This document shows, in pieces, positions 18,135 to 25,059 of a stretch of 25,343 bases of DNA. Position numbers and translations under genes: made by a program. Origin of the DNA: a virus (lineage: Duplodnaviria > Caudoviricetes); the IMG/VR virus record IMGVR_UViG_3300025015_000105, positions 1 through 25,343 of that record; one strand, given 5' to 3'. Under the pieces are notes generated by a model that did not search any database, had not been told where the DNA came from, and was given only the letters and a program-made list of their open reading frames with translations. Every line of letters starts with the position of its first letter. Position 1 is the stretch's first letter.

Positions 18135-18161
18135 AAAAAGCGGACTCTTATGAGTCCGCTT
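18135..18161 (-). terminator. Rho-independent terminator of the parB-like gene
   Basis: Minus strand AAGCGGACTC-ATAA-GAGTCCGCTT running into a T tract, 16 nt past the stop codon. Confidence 0.75.
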
Positions 18162-18177
18162 GTGTTAGATTGTTCGG

Positions 18178-19599
18178 CTAAATAGGCGTCTGATTTTCGC
18201 TTGCTGCTTGTAATACCGCTTTCTTAGCGTCAACTTCTTTGTGGATTTGATTCACAATAGATTTTTCAACATAGGGCGGAATTGCAGCGAAAGATTCGAT
18301 CCTTTGAGAGTCTTTTGATTTGCTTTGGAATTCTGCGCAACGAGTCAGCATTCCAATGAGTCCAGATTGTTCCGTCTCTGGCAGCAGACTTTCAACGCGA
18401 TTAATCATCAGGACTGTATCGCTCACAATCTGATTCGCCAAATGGCGAATATGCAGTAGTTCAGATAATTCCTCAATAGTCACAGTTGGTATTCTCTTGT
18501 CAATCGGACCTGATGAACTGCGAGAATTTGCAGACTTTTTCCGAAAATCAGCCAAGGTCTTTAAATTCTTGGCGTAAAGTTCTGCCTGCTTTACAGCTAT
18601 TTCATCGGCTTCCGTCTTGGCCGCTTCCGCCTTGGCCGCTTCCGCCTTGGCCGCTTCCGCCTTGGCCGCTTCCGCCTTGGCCGCTTCCGCCTTGACTTCA
18701 TTAGTGGGATCGTCATTGGCTGCTTTATCCGCTTCCGCCTTGGCCGCTTCCGCCTTGGCCGCTTCCGCCTTGGCCGCTTCATGAATTTTGGCCGCTTTTG
18801 CCTTGGCCGCTTCCGCCTTGGCCGCTTCCGCCTTGGCCGCTTCCGCCTTGGCCGCTTCCGCCTTGGCCGCTTCCGCCTTGGCCGCTTCCGCCTTGGCCGC
18901 TTCCGCTTTGGCCGTTTCCGCCTCGACCGCTTCCGCCTCGGCGGCATCGGCATCGATTTTGGATTTGAAATATTGAGAAAAGTCTGCCTTTGTAACGGAA
19001 ACCCCTTTCTCTAATTTTTCTTTCAGAAGTGCCCAAGCTTTATTCCAGTCACTTTGCTCTTTATGGTAGATTTCCAACGCCAATGTTGCGCTTAACTTTT
19101 CTGCCACTATGTGATCGACGATTTCTTCCGGGGCAGAAATAAGTGTTTGCAGCAGAGACACTTCTGTTTGTGTAATCTGCATTTTTTTTGCAATCTTTTT
19201 CGGTGTCCAACCGGCCTTAATTCTACGATCTACCAAGACCGCTTTCTCCATGCGCGTCAAATTTTTAGCATGTAAGTTGGATCTATAAAGATCCATTTCG
19301 TAATCTTCTTCTGTCCACTCCTTTGGACAGATTACGCATTCCACTTCTTCGATTGGAATACCATTTTTTTTCGCCAATTGGAAGGCGAAAAATCTTCGAT
19401 GTCCCCTTACCAAGATCAAAGTCCCGTCTGATTCTTGGCGAAGCCAGAGCCTTTCCATTCCTTTTATCCCATTAACTTTAATGTCCTTGGCAATCTCGTC
19501 AACGTTGCCATAGTCTAATCGGACGTTGTAACCATCCTTAATCGCAATGTCGGTTAATTTAATTTTGTGAATCTCGCTTTCGTTCAGTAATGTCGTCAT
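18178..19599 (-). CDS. parB: ParB/Spo0J-like protein with (AEAAK)n helical repeat
   Basis: NVR.DYG...EIA.DI..NG ... LVRGHRRFFA (GxRR motif), LT.MEKA ... GW....IAKK.......VS HTH; no parA in the window. Confidence 0.85.
   Translation of the reverse strand: MTTLLNESEIHKIKLTDIAIKDGYNVRLDYGNVDEIAKDIKVNGIKGMERLWLRQESDGTLILVRGHRRFFAFQLAKKNGIPIEEVECVICPKEWTEEDYEMDLYRSNLHAKNLTRMEKAVLVDRRIKAGWTPKKIAKKMQITQTEVSLLQTLISAPEEIVDHIVAEKLSATLALEIYHKEQSDWNKAWALLKEKLEKGVSVTKADFSQYFKSKIDADAAEAEAVEAETAKAEAAKAEAAKAEAAKAEAAKAEAAKAEAAKAEAAKAKAAKIHEAAKAEAAKAEAAKAEADKAANDDPTNEVKAEAAKAEAAKAEAAKAEAAKAEAAKTEADEIAVKQAELYAKNLKTLADFRKKSANSRSSSGPIDKRIPTVTIEELSELLHIRHLANQIVSDTVLMINRVESLLPETEQSGLIGMLTRCAEFQSKSKDSQRIESFAAIPPYVEKSIVNQIHKEVDAKKAVLQAASENQTPI
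18616..18921 (-). repeat. 15-bp coding tandem repeat GCGGAAGCGGCCAAG (AEAAK)
   Basis: Perfect blocks of 5 (18616-18690), 2 (18739-18768) and 7 (18802-18906) units, plus degenerate copies. Confidence 0.95.
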
Positions 19600-19625
19600 A
19601 ACTTTATTTTTCTTTCTTTGTTTTT

Positions 19626-19883
19626 TTATTTTGTTTTTTTTATCCGATCACTAGGATGTAACTCATCCTGGTAATCCCGCCAATCGGCGAGAGTTACCGA
19701 ATCCTTCATTTCTTCTTCGTAACACGCCACCTTCGTCATCAGAGCATACTGCTCCTTAATCTTTTCTTCTTTGCTTTTTTTCGTTACTGGTTTTCTCATA
19801 TATCCTTTTTCTCTAACGTCGTTCCTATTGTCGACTGGTTTTTCTTTATCTAATATCATTTTTTTTGTTTTCTGTTTTTTCAT
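19626..19883 (-). CDS. Hypothetical protein
   Basis: ORF upstream of parB; ATG 19883 preferred because ATG 19892 lies inside the -10 box. The true start could be further downstream. Confidence 0.55.
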   Translation of the reverse strand: MKKQKTKKMILDKEKPVDNRNDVREKGYMRKPVTKKSKEEKIKEQYALMTKVACYEEEMKDSVTLADWRDYQDELHPSDRIKKTK

Positions 19884-19890
19884 TGTCAAC

Positions 19891-19919
19891 ATCTTAACTC
19901 ATTAACTCCTAAAAGTCAA
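19891..19919 (-). promoter_or_regulatory. sigma70-type early promoter
   Basis: TTGACT, 17 nt, TAAGAT. Confidence 0.7.
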
Positions 19920-20055
19920 TAAATCTTTTTTTTTCTCAAAACAATTTTTTTCATTCTCTTGTATCCTGGTGAACTAAGATTTTTTTTCTAAAAAACATTT
20001 TCCAACTCTAGCTATATATACTGTCTTCATTTTCTAAAACCAATCCTAAGTGTTT

Positions 20056-20127
20056 TAATCATGATTGAAATAATCATGATTGATTTAGTCAAGATTCAAA
20101 TTTTTTCTAAGTTAAAATCTGACTAAA
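20056..20127. repeat. Tandem palindromes and an inverted repeat (operator-like)
   Basis: TAATCATGATTGA at 20056 and 20071; TTTAGTCAAGATT (20084-20096) pairs imperfectly with AATCTGACTAAA (20116-20127). Confidence 0.5.
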
Positions 20128-20274
20128 ACAATCAAGATTAGGGCGGGTTAAACAAAATCCTTAACCCTGAAATAGAAAGTTTTAGAAAAAATAAAATCTT
20201 TTTACGTGTGTTACCTTATTACGCCCAAAGTCATTAAACTTTGACTTTTTTGTTTTTCTTATATTGTGTTATTA

Positions 20275-20478
20275 TTATATATTATTTAAAAAATTAAGAG
20301 AATTAAGAGAATTTCTAAAATTTTTAATATTCCATTTCTCCTTTTTTATCTTGAATTTTTTGATATCCGTATTAAGGATATCTGCTATTTTTTTTACTTC
20401 TTCTTTAATTCCAGTTTTATCACCAGAAAGGTAAAAAGTAATTTGAAAATTATCAAGACTAGGAATTTTTTTGTTCAT
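20275..20478 (-). CDS. Hypothetical protein
   Basis: 67 aa behind its own promoter. Confidence 0.65.
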   Translation of the reverse strand: MNKKIPSLDNFQITFYLSGDKTGIKEEVKKIADILNTDIKKFKIKKEKWNIKNFRNSLNSLNFLNNI

Positions 20479-20510
20479 ATTTTTTTTACTTAATTTTCTT
20501 AACTCCTTAC

Positions 20511-20539
20511 ATATTAAGATATTAAGTACTAAAAGTCAA
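20511..20539 (-). promoter_or_regulatory. sigma70-type early promoter
   Basis: TTGACT, 17 nt, TAATAT. Confidence 0.7.
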
Positions 20540-20723
20540 TACTTTTCTTTTTCTTTATTTTTTCTAAATTTCTTAAAAGTTTTACAATCTTCTCACTTTG
20601 TTTTACAATTTTTCTATTTTTGTATTTTATTCTTTGGCTAGTAAAAAAAATTCTGACACTAACCAAACCTATTTCTAAATAATTTGCCAAGATTGTTAAA
20701 ACCAAATAAATCTTTCTAAACAT
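20529..20723 (-). CDS. Hypothetical protein, possibly membrane-associated
   Basis: 64 aa, hydrophobic N-terminal half; 3' end overlaps the next -35 box. Confidence 0.55.
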   Translation of the reverse strand: MFRKIYLVLTILANYLEIGLVSVRIFFTSQRIKYKNRKIVKQSEKIVKLLRNLEKIKKKKSIDF

Positions 20724-20764
20724 AATTCTTCTTTCGTTACACCATATTTCTTTGTTTAATAAGG

Positions 20765-20797
20765 TTTCCGCCCCAAGTATTTAATTTGGGGCGGAAA
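20765..20797. repeat. Perfect 12-bp inverted repeat (hairpin)
   Basis: TTTCCGCCCCAA-N9-TTGGGGCGGAAA. Confidence 0.8.
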
Positions 20798-20815
20798 ATG
20801 AGGATTCTGGCGGGT

Positions 20816-21046
20816 TTACTGAATTCTCCTTATAGAAATTGTTTTGGATTGCAGAGCATACCACTCCGCAGAATCATGACAATTTGTCGCAGAGGTCGCA
20901 TCAAAAATTCTGCAACCAATTGTTGTCAATCCAACGACTTTTCCCGATTTAATAATTTCAGTCTTTTTTTCAGACTGTTTAATTGCCATTACAAAATCCC
21001 CGATTTTTACATCGGAACCATTAACTGTCACAGTCTTATTTACCAT
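20816..21046 (-). CDS. Hypothetical protein (SH3-like beta pattern)
   Basis: 76 aa, A-rich leader AAAAAAAATTATG. Confidence 0.7.
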   Translation of the reverse strand: MVNKTVTVNGSDVKIGDFVMAIKQSEKKTEIIKSGKVVGLTTIGCRIFDATSATNCHDSAEWYALQSKTISIRRIQ

Positions 21047-21091
21047 AATTTTTTTTGTTTTACTGATTTTTTATTTTACTGAAATTTTATT

Positions 21092-21283
21092 TTACTGAAA
21101 TTTTGAATAATTTTTGCAATTCTTATTACAATAAATATTTCCACACGTTGCGATTTGTGCAGTCTTCTGTTTGCCCGTGAACCATTGGAAATGGCCACAA
21201 TTGAGACGGATTCTCCACAAACACCCACCGCCATGAATTAGTTTGATTTTTTCAAATTTTTTTTGTATCTCTTTCATTCTCAA
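21092..21283 (-). CDS. Small Cys/His-rich hypothetical protein
   Basis: LNCGH...TCGNIYC. Confidence 0.6.
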   Translation of the reverse strand: MRMKEIQKKFEKIKLIHGGGCLWRIRLNCGHFQWFTGKQKTAQIATCGNIYCNKNCKNYSKFQ

Positions 21284-21297
21284 TATCTTAAAAAATA

Positions 21298-21525
21298 TTA
21301 ATTATTTTGAAAATTATTTTTCAAAATATACTTCTGTCCTTTCCCTATTCCAAGCCCAACTCCGTATTTTGCAAAACAATCTGTGCAAAGATTTGCCCAC
21401 GAGCCAAACGAAGTTTTGCAATCGTAAATGACTTTAGTATCGTTCTTACATATTTCGCAAACGCTATCTTTCGAAAATTCCTTCCCCGACATACTTCCGC
21501 CGTCTTCTTGTATATATGTTGCCAT
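21298..21525 (-). CDS. Small phage Zn-binding protein
   Basis: CEIC.....YD.KT..GSWANLC.DCF...GVGLG.G.GQKY. Confidence 0.75.
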   Translation of the reverse strand: MATYIQEDGGSMSGKEFSKDSVCEICKNDTKVIYDCKTSFGSWANLCTDCFAKYGVGLGIGKGQKYILKNNFQNN

Positions 21526-21563
21526 AATTTTTTTTGTTAGTTGTCTTACTTAATTCTCCTTAT

Positions 21564-21592
21564 ATCCTAACATATTAACTCCTAAAAGTCAA
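21564..21592 (-). promoter_or_regulatory. sigma70-type early promoter
   Basis: TTGACT, 17 nt, TAGGAT; shares 22 identical bp with the promoter at 19.9 kb. Confidence 0.7.
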
Positions 21593-21629
21593 TAAGTTTA
21601 AAAAATAAATAGAACAAACTAAAAACGAT

Positions 21630-21866
21630 TTAAAGAAAAAAATCTTCACCGTAATGATACTCCTCTGGGAAGTTGTCATTCCTTAAAAAACTTACAACCT
21701 TAATCCCTGTGTCGTAGGGATTTTGCCCCACCAACTTCTTATGAGTATCTAAAAATCTTTCAATAATTTCAATTGAAAGATTTTTGTAATTCTTGATTAA
21801 ATTTTTTGCTTCAGAATGGGTATTAACTAATCTTTTAGATCCGGCGGGATTAGATATGTTTATCAT
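21630..21866 (-). CDS. Hypothetical protein
   Basis: 78 aa, A-rich leader. Confidence 0.65.
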   Translation of the reverse strand: MINISNPAGSKRLVNTHSEAKNLIKNYKNLSIEIIERFLDTHKKLVGQNPYDTGIKVVSFLRNDNFPEEYHYGEDFFL

Positions 21867-21878
21867 ATATTTTTTTGA

Positions 21879-22082
21879 TTAAAAATTTTTGTCGTTTCCG
21901 ACAATTTCCGAAACTATAAACCCTTGTTTTCTTAAAGATTCTGCCATTCTTACTTTATGTTGGGCGGATTTTAGGTTTTTCATAAGCTTAGTATTATTTT
22001 GAAAAGTAGAGGAATTTTCTCCAATCCCCCGCTTTGTGGCTTCTAAAACCACATTTTCAGCAATGGTAAAAACAACAAACAT
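21879..22082 (-). CDS. Hypothetical protein
   Basis: 67 aa. Confidence 0.65.
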   Translation of the reverse strand: MFVVFTIAENVVLEATKRGIGENSSTFQNNTKLMKNLKSAQHKVRMAESLRKQGFIVSEIVGNDKNF

Positions 22083-22167
22083 AATTTTAATGATTAAGAA
22101 ATTCTTCTTTCATTTATTTTATCCCCAACTTCCAAACTTTTTTTGTTTTCTTTTTTTTACTATACTG

Positions 22168-22198
22168 ATTATAAACATAAATAACTATTAAAAGTCAA
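22168..22198 (-). promoter_or_regulatory. Possible early promoter with a suboptimal spacer
   Basis: TTGACTTTTA as in the other copies, but TATAAT is 19 nt away. Confidence 0.4.
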
Positions 22199-22199
22199 T

Positions 22200-22361
22200 T
22201 TAATTATTATTTATTTTATATTCTAATTCGTAAATTTTTGCAAAAGAATGACTTCCAAAAATAATTTTATGATGCAAAGACCAGTCATAAAATCTATCTT
22301 GACAGAAATTAAAACAATCCATGTATGTCCAATCATCTGGAAAATAAACAATAAATATCAT
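22200..22361 (-). CDS. Small hypothetical protein (53 aa, not in the ORF track)
   Basis: MIFIVYFPDDWTYMDCFNFCQDRFYDWSLHHKIIFGSHSFAKIYELEYKINNN*. Confidence 0.55.
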   Translation of the reverse strand: MIFIVYFPDDWTYMDCFNFCQDRFYDWSLHHKIIFGSHSFAKIYELEYKINNN

Positions 22362-22378
22362 ATTTTTATTTTTTTTAT

Positions 22379-22705
22379 TTAAATAACTTTTTTACTTAAT
22401 AATTTTGTTTTTAATTGTTCTATATAGCATTTTTTACAAAGACTTTGGTTTTCTCTATATATTATTATTTCATTCCAACATTCTGAACAAGTCCCACGCT
22501 TTCTTTTTTTTTGAGATTATAATTTTTTTGAATCTTTTCGTTTTTCTTTATTGTGTTTTTTGAAACAATCTGGACATCTTTTATTTCCAATAGGGCGGGG
22601 ATTATTACAATTAATACAATTAAGATTTTTAATTTTATATTGCCTTTTAGTTTTATGAACAGCTTTGATTATTTCTGCTAAATCCTTTTTGCTTTTTATT
22701 TTCAT
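22379..22705 (-). pseudogene. Tandem Zn-finger protein interrupted by one in-frame TAA
   Basis: ORF 22517-22705 (CINC..CPDC) continues in frame past the TAA for 45 codons with a second CSEC..CKKC finger. Confidence 0.55.
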
Positions 22706-22851
22706 GATATGGTTTACATAAAAATAATGTTAATCATCGATTGCAACACAGGACACAATTCTATTTACCCCTGTACAAAAATGACTTTGATAAAAAAAAA
22801 TATCAAAAAAAGCCAATGAAATGACTCTTTTTGATTGCAACACAGTATTTT

Positions 22852-23079
22852 TCAATCCCTTAAAAGAAAAAAAATCTCTGTGTTTTCCCAGTTCACTGAC
22901 ATAGGAGTTATACTTATTTCTTCTTTTATTTCTTTTTTTTCTGTTTTTTGTTCTAAATTTTTAAGGATTTGTGCGGCGCATTGGCCACAAATTCCGTGGC
23001 TTATTTGACCGTCATAGCCACGAATTTTTAGAATTTTTGGAAACAAATGGTGAAGATTCCAATTACAAATTGTTGTCAT
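22852..23079 (-). CDS. Hypothetical protein (ISHGICxxC motif)
   Basis: 75 aa, ATGA-coupled start. Confidence 0.65.
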   Translation of the reverse strand: MTTICNWNLHHLFPKILKIRGYDGQISHGICGQCAAQILKNLEQKTEKKEIKEEISITPMSVNWENTEIFFLLRD

Positions 23080-23198
23080 AATTCAACAAATTCTAATCCA
23101 TTTTTGTCATAGACAACAAAAAATGAAAATGAAAATTCATATTCTTTCAATATAAAAATCATATTTTCCCATGTCATAAACGGAATGTAGATGCTCAT
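23076..23198 (-). CDS. Small hypothetical protein
   Basis: The track start (TTG 23264) is the -35 box; ATG 23198 with an A-rich leader is preferred. Confidence 0.5.
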   Translation of the reverse strand: MSIYIPFMTWENMIFILKEYEFSFSFFVVYDKNGLEFVEL

Positions 23199-23235
23199 AA
23201 ATTTTTTTGTAAGTTTTTCTCTTTCAACTAGATAC

Positions 23236-23264
23236 ATTATATAATAAAAATTCCTAAAAGTCAA
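23236..23264 (-). promoter_or_regulatory. sigma70-type early promoter
   Basis: TTGACT, 17 nt, TATAAT. Confidence 0.75.
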
Positions 23265-23311
23265 ACATTATTATTTTTTTTTATTTTTGATAAATTTTGT
23301 TTTTTTAATTA

Positions 23312-23396
23312 CAACTGTCGATTTTTGAACACGGTGTATAAAAAGCTACAATAACTTCAACTGTCGATTTTTGACCACACTGTATAAAAAGAGACA
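23312..23396 (+). repeat. Two imperfect 39-bp direct repeats, 46-bp period
   Basis: CAACTGTCGATTTTTGAACACGGTGTATAAAAAGCTACA and CAACTGTCGATTTTTGACCACACTGTATAAAAAGAGACA. Confidence 0.85.
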
Positions 23397-23867
23397 GTTA
23401 ATTACTATTAAAGAGAAAAAAATCAAAGAAAACACAAAAATCTTTTTATTTAATTAAAAAAAAATAAATACATTATATTTACCTTATATTTACCTTATAT
23501 TTACATCTTATATTATCTTCTATCCTTATTCAACTCCGTTATTATTTCTACCTTCTTTTTTTTTCTCTTTTAACTTTTTTAATCCCTTACTAACGAGAAT
23601 ATTACATTATTTTTTTTTATTTTTTTATTTTTATTTATTTATTCTATTTTAATTTTTATACAATTAAAACAATTTTATGTTTTATATCCCTTATAATTCA
23701 TATACATACAAAACCATGCCTTATTTCGCCCAAGCCTATTCAATTTTGGGTTTTTGTTTTAATAGGGGCGGGAATAGAAAAACCCCCAAAAGGTTATTAT
23801 TCTTTGGGGCGGGATGGGAAATATTCATAAAATCATAAATAAAGATATTTATGATTATTTATGATAA

Positions 23868-24110
23868 TTATACTGGCAAAATAAATACTTTTTTAGGATT
23901 TATTCTTTTTCGCGGAATTATTTCAATTTTGTCATACACAGAAATTCCACAGTCTTGTAAAAAGGAAATTAAATCCTTTGTTGTTCTGGAATAATAATAT
24001 CTTTTCTGCCGACCTCTTTGCATTATTATTTCCCAACACTCTTCTTCTTCTGCCTTACCACGAATTTTCAGCAAGGCAAATCTATCGTGCTTTGATATTT
24101 TTTTAATCAT
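23868..24110 (-). CDS. Hypothetical protein
   Basis: 80 aa. Confidence 0.65.
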   Translation of the reverse strand: MIKKISKHDRFALLKIRGKAEEEECWEIIMQRGRQKRYYYSRTTKDLISFLQDCGISVYDKIEIIPRKRINPKKVFILPV

Positions 24111-24119
24111 AAATGTTTT

Positions 24120-24314
24120 CTAGTTAAAATTAATTGAATATTTTCCAACCGATAATGCAGACATCAATTTTTCGTCCATATTATCTAAATTTCCTTTCAA
24201 ATTTTTTCTAATTAAATTTTTTATTTCTGCCTCAGTTTCAGTCATAGTTATTTCCCTATTTAAACCGTAATGTAATCTAATTTTTCTTTGGGCGGTTTTT
24301 AATATTTTAGTCAT
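24120..24314 (-). CDS. Hypothetical protein
   Basis: 64 aa, overlaps the upstream stop. Confidence 0.65.
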   Translation of the reverse strand: MTKILKTAQRKIRLHYGLNREITMTETEAEIKNLIRKNLKGNLDNMDEKLMSALSVGKYSINFN

Positions 24315-24612
24315 ATTTATTATATTGTTTTATTTTTGATACTGTAATAAAATTTTCTCTTATTCTTTTAAAAAAATTATCTTTTTGTTCCGCCCTAACC
24401 ATATTAAGAAAATATTCTTTATTATCATAAACATCGGGAAAACTATCTACATTTCTTTTAGGTGTTTTAAACACCTTGGGCGTTATTGCCACTATTCTCA
24501 AAGGAGAATTTTTAAGAACAATAACACCAAAAGAATCAAATAAATCTTTTTTGTTATAGACTATTTGACTTACATGATATCCGTATTTGGACTGACATTG
24601 TTCAATTTTCAT
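24307..24612 (-). CDS. Hypothetical protein
   Basis: 101 aa. Confidence 0.7.
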   Translation of the reverse strand: MKIEQCQSKYGYHVSQIVYNKKDLFDSFGVIVLKNSPLRIVAITPKVFKTPKRNVDSFPDVYDNKEYFLNMVRAEQKDNFFKRIRENFITVSKIKQYNKYD

Positions 24613-24618
24613 AATTCT

Positions 24619-24861
24619 TTACTTTTGTTCCATATCTAGGGCGGTTTGGCAAACTAACCGTCTATTGATTTGTCTATTATCAAATCCCATCAAGTTAGGG
24701 CGGGCTTTATTCGATAAAGCAATAGCTAAATCTAAAATCTTTAAAAAATCATTTTTATCCAAAAAATATTTTGGATTTAATTTTTCGTGGCTTAGAAAAT
24801 TAGCCCAAATATCGATAGTGCTTTTCATTTTTTTTATTTGAGTGTCGTTATTGATTATCAC
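24619..24861 (-). CDS. Hypothetical protein
   Basis: 80 aa, GTG start, first gene after the promoter at 24.9 kb. Confidence 0.6.
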   Translation of the reverse strand: MIINNDTQIKKMKSTIDIWANFLSHEKLNPKYFLDKNDFLKILDLAIALSNKARPNLMGFDNRQINRRLVCQTALDMEQK

Positions 24862-24901
24862 ACTTTTGTAAAAGTATTTTCACATACCATACTATATTTA
24901 T

Positions 24902-24930
24902 ATTGTACAGTAAAAATTACTAAAAGTCAA
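24902..24930 (-). promoter_or_regulatory. sigma70-type early promoter
   Basis: TTGACT, 17 nt, TACAAT. Confidence 0.75.
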
Positions 24931-25059
24931 TATTTATTTTTGTTTTATTAGTTATTTTTATTTGGCTAAACATTACTAAACACATAAACACTATACAAAA
25001 AAAAATTATTTAATTAAAAAAAACATTGTGCGAATAAAATAATCAAAGTTAACGCATCT

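Noticed and set aside
18616-18921. Possible CRISPR array here or at 23312-23396
   Set aside because: The first is a spacerless coding tandem repeat; the second has only two imperfect copies with a 7-bp gap; no cas genes are present.
18486-19036. Alternative-frame ORFs over the parB repeat encoding (RRKRP)n, (GGSGQ)n, (PPWPL)n, (LGRFR)n and (ALAAS)n
   Set aside because: The 15-mer has no stop codon in any frame, so these ORFs arise automatically; none has its own expression signals or extends far beyond the repeat.
1011-21540. Antisense or overlapping ORFs in the track (1011, 2047, 7990, 10299, 11627, 13738, 15302, 20786, 21243, 21307)
   Set aside because: They shadow better-supported genes and have no recognisable motifs or start context.
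155-24703. GGGCGG as a eukaryotic Sp1 GC box
   Set aside because: Gene content and promoters are bacteriophage-type and most copies are inside coding sequence; the identity is treated as coincidence.
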